Origin: Clostridiaceae bacterium | Lineage (GTDB): Bacteria > Bacillota > Clostridia > Saccharofermentanales > DTU023 | Assembly: GCA_012799825.1 (NCBI GenBank) | Contig: JAAZKK010000016.1 | Coordinates: 12,009-76,008, forward strand | Direction of reading: 5' to 3' | Length of the DNA stretch: 64,000 nt | In this document: in pieces, positions 28,853 to 38,803 of the stretch | How the letters are laid out: every line of letters starts with the position of its first letter | Position numbering within the stretch: the stretch's first letter is position 1 | The notes under the pieces: generated by a model | The model's input: only the letters and a program-made list of their open reading frames with translations | The model's database searches: none | Told to the model about the DNA's origin: nothing | Translations under genes and position numbers: made by a program

Positions 28853-29005
28853 TATACGCACACACGCGCGGCACCGACCTTAAGCTACTCTGTTATTATG
28901 TGTTCTCGAATACTATACGCTTACACGCGCGGAGCCGACTTTTAACCGTATCCTTATAAGCGACGTAAACGGCGTATACGCCCATACGCGCGGCACCGAC
29001 TTCCT
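28853..29005. repeat. three imperfect ~27-nt direct repeats with a 61-bp period (intergenic)
   Basis: tatacgcNNa(c/t)acgcgcggNNccgac starts at 28853, 28914 and 28975. The intervening ~32 nt are dissimilar. Confidence 0.8.
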
Positions 29006-29066
29006 TAAGACCCTTGTTCCGTTTGGTCGCCTGCGATCCTCTCGACACATTCGGCACTAGTGAGCA

Positions 29067-30470
29067 TCAATGCTTGAGCCTTGGCTCACTAAACCATTTC
29101 CCCTTGCGATAAAGAATAAATCCAAAAAGATCGATCAGCACATTCGAAGCCAGCATCGCAATCCAAATCGCTTCCTCGCCCATGTTCGTGTAACGCTGAA
29201 ACAGGAAAATCATCGGCAGGCGTATGCCCCACAATCGCCCGATCGACATCATCGCCGAGTATTTCTGATAGCCGCTGCCGCTGAAAATACCTGCAAATAA
29301 ATTAAAATACCCTATGAACGGCGTCATCAACACCGAGTAGATCATGTAATCCATCGCCAATTGCCAAACAATCCGTTCCTCGCCATGCGAACTGAGATTA
29401 TAGAGCGAAAGGAGCGGATTACGTAAAATCCACTGAAGCAACGCACCGGTGACCGATAAAACTGTTGAGATGATAAACGCGGCGCGCACAAACTTTTTCA
29501 CGCGCTCCTTTTTTCCGGCGCCCAAATTCTGACCGATGATCGGCGTCAATGAGCCGCCAACACCCATTGTAGCCGTCGTAAGAAAACCGTTGATGCGATT
29601 GACGGCAGCGTAAGCACTCAGGGTCGCCGTACCGTAACCGGCAACTACGGAATTGAGCATTGTAAAGCCGATCGCCGCACTGCTCTGACCAAGTGCCGTC
29701 GGAAATCCGACGCGTATGAGTTCGAAGAATTTTCGCCATTTTAGGTGGACACCACGCAGCCGTACACGGACATTGTTCGCACGTGATCGGATAGCGACCA
29801 GACCAAGCAGCGTTTTGACTACTTGAGCGATCACTGTGGCCCAGGCCGCGCCGGCAATTCCCATCCCCAAACCGCGTAAACCGAACACAGGTTCATATTC
29901 AAAAATGAACAGCGGATCTAAAACAACATTCAAGATCGATGAAAAGACACTGATGATCATCGTGACTTTCGTCTTACCCTGCGCGCTCAAAATGGAGTAA
30001 AATGCCAAATACGCGATCTCGAAAAAATAGCCCAAAAGTAATATGGACAAATAAACAGATGCTAGACTCGCTAACTCACCCGTCGCACCCATCCAACGAA
30101 CAAAGGAAGGCGCAAGTGATGAGCCAAATCCGGACAGCAAAACACCGAGGGCTAAACAAAAAAGTACGACGTGCGTCGCGTATGATTCCGCTTTCTGATG
30201 CTCATCCTGTCCTAAAAGTTGCGCGATGATGGCGGTCGCAGCAATAGAAAGGCCGATACCTAAGGATACAAATAAGTAGTGAGGAGGCCAAACGAAGCTT
30301 GTCGCCGAAAACTGGACAATTGAAAGTTGCGCTACCCATAGCCCGTCAGCCAAGTTGTAAAAAGACGCGATGAGATTGTTAAACATGAGAGGAATCGAGA
30401 CTGAAAACAGGACCGGATAAATCGGCCCCGTCAAAAGATCGCGATTTAAGCGCTTGTCATTTTCCACCAT
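29067..30470 (-). CDS. MATE-family efflux transporter
   Basis: 467 aa, 12 TM segments, with a typical MATE N-terminus (LLTGPIYPVLFSVSIPLMFNNL). Confidence 0.8.
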   Translation of the reverse strand: MVENDKRLNRDLLTGPIYPVLFSVSIPLMFNNLIASFYNLADGLWVAQLSIVQFSATSFVWPPHYLFVSLGIGLSIAATAIIAQLLGQDEHQKAESYATHVVLFCLALGVLLSGFGSSLAPSFVRWMGATGELASLASVYLSILLLGYFFEIAYLAFYSILSAQGKTKVTMIISVFSSILNVVLDPLFIFEYEPVFGLRGLGMGIAGAAWATVIAQVVKTLLGLVAIRSRANNVRVRLRGVHLKWRKFFELIRVGFPTALGQSSAAIGFTMLNSVVAGYGTATLSAYAAVNRINGFLTTATMGVGGSLTPIIGQNLGAGKKERVKKFVRAAFIISTVLSVTGALLQWILRNPLLSLYNLSSHGEERIVWQLAMDYMIYSVLMTPFIGYFNLFAGIFSGSGYQKYSAMMSIGRLWGIRLPMIFLFQRYTNMGEEAIWIAMLASNVLIDLFGFILYRKGKWFSEPRLKH

Positions 30471-30676
30471 TCAATACTCCTGACTTGAAGTATATTTTAC
30501 CTCACCGCAAACACGAGAACAAGTTTTCCGACTGTGACGCCCTCGCACCTGACGTCTTTCCCCATCGCGAACTCGAGAACATGCATGTTACTAGATGCAA
30601 CATGCCGATTTAAAATATAACCATCCTCCGGACGAATAAGGTATTCTTCGACAGGCGATACCGTGAAAAAACCGAT

Positions 30677-30955
30677 TTATAAAAGCCGGTTTATGATGAT
30701 AGCAAGAAGAATAATAACGAGCGCTGCGATCACATGCCCGAGAATCGATGCCTTTGGAGACGTATCATCGTTTGCGTTGCCTCGACAAGCACCGCAACCA
30801 ATACAGTAGTTTTGATCCTTTTTTCGTGAAAACTTATCTGAGGTGCTGACACAGAGACGATTGAAGCTCGCTTGTTCATTGTCTGTCACCGATGGAGACG
30901 ACAGCAGTGACTCCGGAACTTTATATTGGTGATCAGTTAGCATCTTGCGCCTCAT
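30677..30955 (-). CDS. small tail-anchored membrane protein with CxxCxxC motif
   Basis: 92 aa. YCIGCGAC motif and a C-terminal TM (HVIAALVIILLAIIINRLL). Overlaps the upstream TPR gene by 23 nt. Confidence 0.4.
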   Translation of the reverse strand: MRRKMLTDHQYKVPESLLSSPSVTDNEQASFNRLCVSTSDKFSRKKDQNYCIGCGACRGNANDDTSPKASILGHVIAALVIILLAIIINRLL

Positions 30956-31622
30956 CCTGTTCTAAGGCAGTAATTTGTTTTGTGAGCGAGGCAATACGCA
31001 TCTCTTCACGCTTGACATCGGATTTTCGGCCGGCCTTAATAAAAAGACGACGCGCTTCCATGCTTCGTGTGAGCGCTTCCTTAATATCGCCTTGTTGCTC
31101 AATATAAAGACTTTCCAACGAAAGAATAGCGCGTAGCGCTGTGTCCGATTCCACCGTTTCGGCGTAATCGCGCGCAAGCTTCAAATAGATACCCGCTTGC
31201 TCATAGTCATTCAACGCCATGAACTGTTCCGCCTGTCCGGCATAATTGTGCGACAGGCGTAGATAGTAGCGAGGCATTGTGGACACAAGATCAACCAGTT
31301 CATTCCTAAAGCAGTTGATCGCCTCTTCCCTGTTGCCGGTCAAGGCAGCAAGACGCGCACGCTCGTGAAGGATGGAAGGCACCATATCATTCGGATGCTG
31401 TCTTGCGTCGCTCGCCTCCAACTCATCTAAAATGGCACGCGCAGGTTTCGCGCGACCGATACTGATCAGCGCACGCACTTCACCGAGCTGTGCCAGAGCG
31501 CGCTCCGGAGGACGAAGCGTTTTGTCGCGAACGCACCCCTTAAAATAAGAAACCGCTTTTTCATAAGCGCCAATTTCAAGAAGACGGAAGCCTTCATCAA
31601 GTTGCATCATTGGATCTTTCAT
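30933..31622 (-). CDS. TPR-like helical repeat protein
   Basis: 229 aa, all-helical, with repeated A/Y/L patterns. No catalytic motif recognised. Confidence 0.45.
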   Translation of the reverse strand: MKDPMMQLDEGFRLLEIGAYEKAVSYFKGCVRDKTLRPPERALAQLGEVRALISIGRAKPARAILDELEASDARQHPNDMVPSILHERARLAALTGNREEAINCFRNELVDLVSTMPRYYLRLSHNYAGQAEQFMALNDYEQAGIYLKLARDYAETVESDTALRAILSLESLYIEQQGDIKEALTRSMEARRLFIKAGRKSDVKREEMRIASLTKQITALEQDEAQDAN

Positions 31623-31790
31623 AGATTCATTTTAGCACGATGTGATCATTTAGACATGCCAAAGATTACGATAACGTGACGAATAATTCGGCAAAGTTCA
31701 CAATTTATTCGCCACTTTCAACCAAGATTCCTGTACAATATGTGCGAGACTCAGAAAAACACTCATTAATTACAGGAGCTGATTCATAGA

Positions 31791-32318
31791 ATGATTGGTA
31801 AATATATTGGGCGATTTCTCATGCAGGGAGAAGATCCTCTGATGATCGACGCTGAACGCTGTGCCACCGTTCGCACCGAAAATACTTTGATGCATGCGAT
31901 GTTGTTACTGACATCAGTCGGCTATACATCCATTCCTGTTCTCAACGATTGTTCCCACTTAGCAGGTATCATTGCGATGCCGAGCATCGTAAACGGCGTT
32001 TTAGAAGACGACAACTACAATTGGGATCTTTTGAATCGACGCAAGGTACGCGATGTGATGCAAACCAATCCGCCGAAGGTCTTTGATGACGCTAAACTGG
32101 AGGATGTGTTGCGCCTGCTTATCCTATCGAATTACATTTGCGTCACCGATAGGAAGGGTCTTTTTAAGGGCATCGTCGCGCGAAAACAAATTCTAAAAAG
32201 GCTGAACCGACTGGCGCACGAATTTGAGATCAAATATGACGTAACACCTGCTCATATGGGCGACCACGCCACCTATGATTTTTCGTCGACGGCGATGAAA
32301 GACCTCAGGGCAATCTGA
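31791..32318 (+). CDS. CBS-domain pair protein (CbpB/YkuL-like)
   Basis: Two CBS-like units (SIPVLND...LAGII and ICVTDRKGLFKGIV). AGGAG RBS upstream. Confidence 0.55.
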   Translation: MIGKYIGRFLMQGEDPLMIDAERCATVRTENTLMHAMLLLTSVGYTSIPVLNDCSHLAGIIAMPSIVNGVLEDDNYNWDLLNRRKVRDVMQTNPPKVFDDAKLEDVLRLLILSNYICVTDRKGLFKGIVARKQILKRLNRLAHEFEIKYDVTPAHMGDHATYDFSSTAMKDLRAI

Positions 32319-32388
32319 TTTTCCAGCCCTATATAGGGTCGACGCACCGGAAGGCTTGTCATTACAGAAAGAAGCCTTCGTCGTGCGT

Positions 32389-32398
32389 ATGCTATAAT
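32389..32398 (+). promoter_or_regulatory. candidate extended -10 promoter element for the aminotransferase-rfbA operon
   Basis: TGcTATAAT at 32389-32398, 43 nt upstream of ATG 32441. The -35 is weak. Confidence 0.3.
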
Positions 32399-32440
32399 GC
32401 ATCCACATTACCCGAATACAGGCGGAGGAACGCTACTCAC

Positions 32441-33538
32441 ATGTCAATTAATGTAACCCGATCTTCCATGCCATCTTTTGAGGCTTTCTGTGACGAAATT
32501 CGTCCGCTTTGGGAAAGTCGATGGTTGACAAATCAAGGGTTGAAACACCAGGCGCTGGAAGAAGCGCTCAAGTCATTTCTGGACGCACCTTATCTCACGC
32601 TTTTTGTAAATGGACATCAAGCACTCGAGGGTATCTTGCGCGTCATGGATCTTGAAGGTGAAGTCATCACGACACCTTTCACCTATGCTTCCACGACGCA
32701 TGCCATCACGCGAACGGGACTTACACCGGTTTTCTCAGACATTCGTCCGGATAACCTCACACTGGATCCGGCGTTGTTGGAGCCTTTGATCACCGAAAAA
32801 ACGTGCGCCATCCTTCCCGTGCACGTCTACGGGAACCTCTGTGACGTCGAAGCGATCGAAAAAATCGCCGAGCGCTACCATCTCAAGGTGATTTACGATG
32901 CAGCGCATGTCTTTGGCGTCCGCAAAGACGGCAAAAGTGCCGCCGCATTTGGTGACGCCTCCATGTTGAGTTTTCATGCGACAAAAGTCTTCCATACGAT
33001 TGAAGGTGGCGCCGTCATTTACCATGATCCCACGCTTACCGAGCGTCTTGACGCGGAGAAGTGCTTCGGGCTTAACGACTTTGAGTACACCGGTAGCAAC
33101 TCGAAAATGAACGAGTTCCAAGCAGCGATGGGTTTATGCAATCTTAGAATCATCCTTGACGAGATTGCCAAACGCGCCACTGTGGCCGAGCGTTACATAT
33201 CGAACCTCAAAGATATCGACGGAATTACTTGTTGGACACCTGAAGATGACATCACTCCTAATTACGCTTACTTTCCCGTTCTTATCGAAGCCGAGCGCTT
33301 TGGTCGGACGCGCGATGAAGTAAGCGATCTTCTCGCACAAGAAAACATTTACGCGCGCAAATATTTCTACCCTCTGACAAGCGCATTTCCTTGCTATGTC
33401 GGAAAAATCGACCCCGGCCACACACCGGTCGCGGAAAAGGCTGCCGCGGACGTGCTCTGTTTGCCGATGTACGCGGATCTGGACATTCATGATGTCGATC
33501 GGATCTGTGATCTGATCATCCAAACTAAAAGGAGTTAA
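32441..33538 (+). CDS. DegT/DnrJ/EryC1-family sugar-nucleotide aminotransferase (WecE-like)
   Basis: 365 aa. SFHATK PLP-lysine motif and family-typical layout. Confidence 0.8.
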   Translation: MSINVTRSSMPSFEAFCDEIRPLWESRWLTNQGLKHQALEEALKSFLDAPYLTLFVNGHQALEGILRVMDLEGEVITTPFTYASTTHAITRTGLTPVFSDIRPDNLTLDPALLEPLITEKTCAILPVHVYGNLCDVEAIEKIAERYHLKVIYDAAHVFGVRKDGKSAAAFGDASMLSFHATKVFHTIEGGAVIYHDPTLTERLDAEKCFGLNDFEYTGSNSKMNEFQAAMGLCNLRIILDEIAKRATVAERYISNLKDIDGITCWTPEDDITPNYAYFPVLIEAERFGRTRDEVSDLLAQENIYARKYFYPLTSAFPCYVGKIDPGHTPVAEKAAADVLCLPMYADLDIHDVDRICDLIIQTKRS

Positions 33539-33542
33539 TTTT

Positions 33543-34418
33543 ATGAAAGGCATTATTCTGGCCGGCGGAAAAGGCACCCGTCTCTACCCCATGACCAAGT
33601 GCATATCGAAGCAGTTACTACCAATCTACGACAAACCGTTAATCTACTATCCGCTTTCGATCCTGCTTCTGACCGGAATTAGGGAAGTCCTGATCATTTC
33701 CACGCCTGAAGACACACCCATGTACGAGCAGCTCCTTGGGAATGGAAAGAAAATCGGTATTTCAATCGAGTACAAAGTCCAGATGACGCCGCGCGGACTG
33801 GCAGACGCGTTCATCGTCGGCGAGGATTTCATTGGAGACGACAACGTCTGCCTCATTCTCGGCGACAACGTCTTTTTCGGTCAAAATCTCTCGTCCACCC
33901 TTTGGAAAGCCGCAGAGAGGACAAAAGGCGCTACTATTTTCGGCTATCCTGTGAAAAACGCACAGGCATTTGGTGTCGTCGAGTTCGACGATCAAGGTCG
34001 GGTGCTTTCGATCGAGGAAAAGCCGGAGCACCCGAAATCCAATTACGCCGTTCCCGGCCTTTATTTTTACGACAACCGCGTCGTCGATATCGCCAAGAAC
34101 GTCAAACCGTCTGCGCGCGGTGAGATTGAGATCACATCGGTTAATAACGTATATCTTGAGATGGGCGAACTGCACGTCGAACTGCTCGGGCGCGGCATCG
34201 CTTGGTTAGATACGGGTTCGCCGGACGGCCTCCTGAAAGCGGCAGAATTCGTCGAGGCGATCCAATCAAGGCAAGGGTTTTATATTTCCTGTATTGAAGA
34301 AATTGCGTGGCGCCGCCATTTCATCACGACAGAAGAACTTCTCGCCATCGGCGAAGAATTGAAAATGACGGACTACGGCCAATATCTCATCGACTTGGCA
34401 AAGACAGATCAGCGATAA
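33543..34418 (+). CDS. rfbA: glucose-1-phosphate thymidylyltransferase
   Basis: MKGIILAGGKGTRLYPMT... 291 aa. RmlA-type sequence throughout. Confidence 0.9.
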   Translation: MKGIILAGGKGTRLYPMTKCISKQLLPIYDKPLIYYPLSILLLTGIREVLIISTPEDTPMYEQLLGNGKKIGISIEYKVQMTPRGLADAFIVGEDFIGDDNVCLILGDNVFFGQNLSSTLWKAAERTKGATIFGYPVKNAQAFGVVEFDDQGRVLSIEEKPEHPKSNYAVPGLYFYDNRVVDIAKNVKPSARGEIEITSVNNVYLEMGELHVELLGRGIAWLDTGSPDGLLKAAEFVEAIQSRQGFYISCIEEIAWRRHFITTEELLAIGEELKMTDYGQYLIDLAKTDQR

Positions 34419-34578
34419 CAACTTAAACATCTCATATAAGAAAGAAGCTGTCTCATTCTCGCAGTTAGCAAGTGATTTTGAGATAGCTTCTTTCTTATGT
34501 GGGTTAGCGGTTTCAACAGCTGGATCGCCTGAATTATTCAATTAGCAAATCGTCTATTTAAAATGCGCTGCGAAAGTC

Positions 34579-36048
34579 TCAGATTTTCGCATCGGCTTCG
34601 ATGACACCCCATATATTCGACACGAGCGACATGCCGAGCTGGTATTCTCGCACGATTTTGTCCTCAGAATCGGAGAAGCCCCAAAAGAATATCAGGCCGG
34701 ACGCCCCCTGCAACGCGCCCACCGCGTCGGGATCCTGAGCAAGATCTCCTGTCGGCTCTAAAAATACACGTGTACCGCGTTTTTCTAAGGCATCTTGGAT
34801 CGTCTTGATCGCCGCTTCTCTCGACGCATTACCTGCAGTACCCGGAACAAGTACACGGAGCGTTTCATCTTGACGTCCCTCAACGCGTGCTGCAAGTCCA
34901 TTGAGCACTTCCGCAGCATAAGACGCATCTTTTGCTACTTCATCTTCGGAATAATACCGGTTAAATAGGCGGCGTACGAATTCATCAAGCTTGTTATGGC
35001 GGCGTTTTTGATCTTTTTTATGCGTTATTTTACAAGGAAGTATACAGATGTAGAGTAGGTTCAACTGTCGCGCAAGAGTTGAAATGTCCTGACCGCTGAT
35101 GGTTTTTCGCTCTTTTAAAAAGATAATGCAGGCGCCGACAATAAATCCTAGAAATAGGCCGAGAATGATATTTTTTAATACGGAAGGTTTAGCCGGAGTC
35201 GGAGTGCTTTCAGCTTTTTTCTCCTCTTCGGCGTCCGCGATCTTCTCTTCAACAGCTTGATCGATTAAGCCCTGATAATAATCAATGCTCTTGTTGTAGC
35301 GGTCAATGCGCGCCTGAAGTTCGTCGCGCACACGCGTGATCTGTTCGTCTTTCGTCTGTCTAACGCGCTCTCTAATGAAGGAAATGTTATGCGGTTGATG
35401 CAAGTCCAGCTCTGTGTGGATCACTTTGGTGATTTGATCTTTCGCATTGCGGACAAGCTGATCAATCATTTCTTCGTTAGGTCCCGTAATCTGAATCACC
35501 ACAGAGCCGCTTGAAGTTATCTCTGATAATACTAGCGACGGGATATACGCGGCATTGAGCGACATGGAGCCGTAGTCAGCCAGACTTTTCATGAAAGCGT
35601 CGCTTGAGACTTGCTGGAGATAGCGCAAGCTGAGCGAACGACTAAGCTGTTCTTTTTCCGCCCGTGTCATATCGTCCGTTTGAAGAAGTGTAATGGCAAT
35701 TTCAAAACGTTTGTTGATACGATTCTCCGGATCGATTTGAAGGTAGTAATCATATTTCAAACGCGTATTCAGATTGGAGTTGGTGTCACTGAGATAAGTA
35801 ATTGAATTCTGCCATTGCTTCGCTTTGCCATCTTTGGTGACAAAGGTATCACGTATCGTCTTCTTCTCTTCCGCCGTAAGCTCTTGTACAACGGGCTTCG
35901 GTTCCGGTTTTAATATGCCGATACCTGCGATTAAAAGGGCGGCTACCAGCATGCAGGCCAAGATTTCCCGCCAACCGGCAAGAAGATGATAGACGACGTC
36001 TTGAATGCGAATAACTCTTTGATATTCCATAAGCAACTTTCTAAACAA
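34579..36048 (-). CDS. Wzz/PCP-like two-TM membrane protein with uncharacterised cytoplasmic C-terminal domain (paralog 1)
   Basis: N-terminal TM, a coiled extracytoplasmic domain, a Pro-rich stretch (TPTPAKPS) before TM2, then about 170 aa with no Walker A. Paralogous to 38804-40282. Confidence 0.55.
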   Translation of the reverse strand: MFRKLLMEYQRVIRIQDVVYHLLAGWREILACMLVAALLIAGIGILKPEPKPVVQELTAEEKKTIRDTFVTKDGKAKQWQNSITYLSDTNSNLNTRLKYDYYLQIDPENRINKRFEIAITLLQTDDMTRAEKEQLSRSLSLRYLQQVSSDAFMKSLADYGSMSLNAAYIPSLVLSEITSSGSVVIQITGPNEEMIDQLVRNAKDQITKVIHTELDLHQPHNISFIRERVRQTKDEQITRVRDELQARIDRYNKSIDYYQGLIDQAVEEKIADAEEEKKAESTPTPAKPSVLKNIILGLFLGFIVGACIIFLKERKTISGQDISTLARQLNLLYICILPCKITHKKDQKRRHNKLDEFVRRLFNRYYSEDEVAKDASYAAEVLNGLAARVEGRQDETLRVLVPGTAGNASREAAIKTIQDALEKRGTRVFLEPTGDLAQDPDAVGALQGASGLIFFWGFSDSEDKIVREYQLGMSLVSNIWGVIEADAKI

Positions 36049-36129
36049 TCATACCGAACAGAGCGACGGCGGCCTTATTGCTTGATTTTGGATCAACGAT
36101 GATCGCCTATAAGAGCGACTTACTCGTTG

Positions 36130-37236
36130 TTACAGAACGCGCTCCAACAGATCGGCGATGCGCTTGGAAGCAAACCCGTCGCCGTAAGGATTGCTCGCTT
36201 TGCTCATTTTATCATACGCTTCCTGATCCTCTAGGAGGAGCTTGAATTGTTCGTAAATCCTTTCCTCGTTTGTGCCGACAAGCTTCAGCGTACCCGCCTC
36301 AATACCTTCAGGACGCTCCGTCATGTCGCGCATAACGAGCACCGGTTTTCCAAGCGAAGGCGCCTCCTCTTGGATGCCGCCGCTGTCCGTCAAAATCAGA
36401 TAACAACGCGCTAGGAAATTGTGAAACTGCAAAACATCAAGAGGTTCAATAAGATGAATGCGGTCACAGTCTTTCAGAAGTTCGTCCGCCGCTTTTCGAA
36501 CGACGGGATTCATGTGGATGGGATAAATCGCCTTGACATCGGGATGTTCCTCGATGATGCGCCGTATCGCGCGGAACATATTGTGCATGGGTTCCCCGAG
36601 ATTTTCACGGCGGTGCGCCGTGATAACGATCAGGCGGCTGCCTTCAGCCCACCCCAATTCAGGATGTGTAAAATCTTTTCGCACGGTTGTCTTGAGTGCA
36701 TCGATCGCCGTATTGCCGGTCACAAAAATGGTGTCAGGTTTCTTCCCTTCGCGAACCAGATTGTTTTTGGAAAGTTCGGTAGGTGAAAAATGCCACGACG
36801 CCATGACGCCGACTGCTTGGCGATTAAACTCTTCGGGATAAGGCGCGCTAAGATCGTAGGTTCGAAGACCGGCTTCGACGTGGCCCACCGGTATCTGCAT
36901 GTAAAAACAAGCGAGCGCTGTCACAAAGGTCGTCGAGGTGTCGCCGTGCACAAGTACGACATCGGGTTGAACCTCCTCCAACACTTCGCGAATGCGCGTC
37001 AAAATGTTAACCGTGATATCAAAGAGCGTCTGTTTTTCTACCATGATCGAAAGATCATAGTCCGGAACGACCTCAAAAACCTCAAGCACCTGATCCAGCA
37101 TCTCGCGGTGTTGACCGGTCACGCAAACAACTGTGCGAATATCCTTCCTGCCGCGAAGCTCTTCCACCAGCGGACACATCTTGATCGCTTCCGGACGTGT
37201 TCCGAAAACAAGCATAACGGTTTTCACAAAGTACAT
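36130..37236 (-). CDS. wecB: UDP-N-acetylglucosamine 2-epimerase (non-hydrolysing)
   Basis: VMLVFGTRPEAIKM, HVEAGLRT and DSGGIQEEAPSLGKPVLV motifs. The start was trimmed to MYFVK (37236). Confidence 0.9.
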   Translation of the reverse strand: MYFVKTVMLVFGTRPEAIKMCPLVEELRGRKDIRTVVCVTGQHREMLDQVLEVFEVVPDYDLSIMVEKQTLFDITVNILTRIREVLEEVQPDVVLVHGDTSTTFVTALACFYMQIPVGHVEAGLRTYDLSAPYPEEFNRQAVGVMASWHFSPTELSKNNLVREGKKPDTIFVTGNTAIDALKTTVRKDFTHPELGWAEGSRLIVITAHRRENLGEPMHNMFRAIRRIIEEHPDVKAIYPIHMNPVVRKAADELLKDCDRIHLIEPLDVLQFHNFLARCYLILTDSGGIQEEAPSLGKPVLVMRDMTERPEGIEAGTLKLVGTNEERIYEQFKLLLEDQEAYDKMSKASNPYGDGFASKRIADLLERVL

Positions 37237-37401
37237 CCTATCTAGCACAACATTCTTGCTGTGACGCACCTGTTTTAATAGGCATATTCGGTCGTATGAT
37301 CGTCTTCTCGACGAAAGGCACAAACATCCCTGTAACATTGCACAGAACACTCTCGCCAAAGCGCAAGAGAATGCATGGCTTCAGTCTTTTCAAGGCGATA
37401 T

Positions 37402-38622
37402 TTACAGTCGGTACACGCCATCGAGATCGCACACTCCGCGCGTATCCAAAACTACTTTGCCTCTTAGAAGATCCATTTTTTCTAAAAGCTGCCGGTGAGC
37501 GACCATAATGACAACAAAATCCGTATCCGCGAGAAATGCCTCGAAATCGTGATACTGATTTTCAACGAGGTCGTATTTTACGAATGGATCGTAGACGCGA
37601 AGCGGCTCGGCAAGGTGCTTCTTTTGGCATTCAAGTAGCTGCAGCGTCGGCGATTCGCGGCAATCATCGACGTTTTCCTTATACGTCAGACCGTACAATC
37701 CGACGCGCGACGGGTCGGTCATACCTTTTTCTTTCATGATGTCATGGATGCGACGCAAGACGTATGCGGGCATTGCGTCATTGGTGTTCATCGAGGCCGA
37801 AATGATGTCGGTAAGACCGGGATAATCACCGACTAAAAACCACGGATCAACCGAAATACAGTGACCACCCACGCCCGGTCCCGGCTTTAGGATATTGACG
37901 CGAGGATGTTGATTGCAGATACGGATGATCTCATAGACGTCCATCCCCGCCTGTCGGCAAATCTTTGCCAACTCATTGGCAAACCCTATATTGACGGCAC
38001 GATAGGTGTTTTCAACAACCTTCGTCATCTCGGCCGTACGAATGTCCGTCACGATGATCTCGCCTTCGCAAAACTGCTCATAAATCGACTTAATTCGTTC
38101 CCCTACAGCGCGATCATCGGCGCCAATGGTGCGATTATTGTAAATCAATTCGTGAACCATATTGCCGGGAATAATGCGTTCCGGCGCGTGCACGAGGTGG
38201 ATGGCCACCTTGTCTTGTAAAGACTTTTTATCGACGATCGGCCGAATATAGCGATCGATCGTCCCGGGCGATACCGTCGATTCAATGACGATCGTTGAAT
38301 CGGGCAGACAAGTGTCCAATATTTCATTGACCGCAGAGACGATGTACGAAGGATCGACCTGCTTGCTCAACGGGTCATAAGGTGTAGGAACGGAAACGAT
38401 ATAAAGATCCGTTTCCTGATACACCGTCGAAAATTGAACGCCTAAAGCGCGCGACTTGTCATAAAGTTCGCCAAGTCCCCTTTCTTGGAATGTGATCGTT
38501 CCGTCATTCAAAGAGGCAACGCGCTTTTCGTCGTAGTCCGTACCGACTACATTTAAACCGTGAGAGGCCATCATCAATGCCGTAGGCAAACCGATATAAC
38601 CCAAGCCAATTACGTTAATCAT
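37402..38622 (-). CDS. wecC: UDP-N-acetyl-D-mannosamine dehydrogenase (UDP-sugar 6-dehydrogenase family)
   Basis: MINVIGLGYIGLPTALMMA NAD-binding N-terminus. GPGVGGHCI catalytic Cys motif. Adjacent to wecB. Confidence 0.8.
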   Translation of the reverse strand: MINVIGLGYIGLPTALMMASHGLNVVGTDYDEKRVASLNDGTITFQERGLGELYDKSRALGVQFSTVYQETDLYIVSVPTPYDPLSKQVDPSYIVSAVNEILDTCLPDSTIVIESTVSPGTIDRYIRPIVDKKSLQDKVAIHLVHAPERIIPGNMVHELIYNNRTIGADDRAVGERIKSIYEQFCEGEIIVTDIRTAEMTKVVENTYRAVNIGFANELAKICRQAGMDVYEIIRICNQHPRVNILKPGPGVGGHCISVDPWFLVGDYPGLTDIISASMNTNDAMPAYVLRRIHDIMKEKGMTDPSRVGLYGLTYKENVDDCRESPTLQLLECQKKHLAEPLRVYDPFVKYDLVENQYHDFEAFLADTDFVVIMVAHRQLLEKMDLLRGKVVLDTRGVCDLDGVYRL

Positions 38623-38803
38623 GTCGTCTTTAATCTACCCTTTGTTTCTATTTTTTTACTTAAGCGCAGTCCAAATATATTTATTCTCTGCGCACGACCT
38701 GAAGATGCTTGTTTAAGCATGTCTGATCAATAATATCTATCTTCTCTTCATGACTATTAAAGTGCGTCCTTATATGCATGACCCGACTTAACCGGATAGA
38801 GAC

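Noticed and set aside
28853-29035. Calling the 61-bp-period repeats a CRISPR array
   Set aside because: There are only three repeats, with 4-5 mismatches per ~27-nt core, no cas genes in 64 kb and no leader recognised. It is kept as a finding but not annotated as CRISPR.
36421-37245. Three plus-strand ORFs of 100-150 aa inside wecB
   Set aside because: All are antisense to a strongly supported epimerase gene and none has motifs.
37237-37359. N-terminal 41-codon extension of the wecB ORF (and similar extensions of rplJ 41634-41840, apbE 55077-55286, amidase 21591-21632, 2Fe-2S 61543-61593)
   Set aside because: The extensions are Cys/Arg-rich or lack homology. Conserved protein N-termini with RBSs begin at the internal Met codons. 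The rplJ extension covers the L10 leader.
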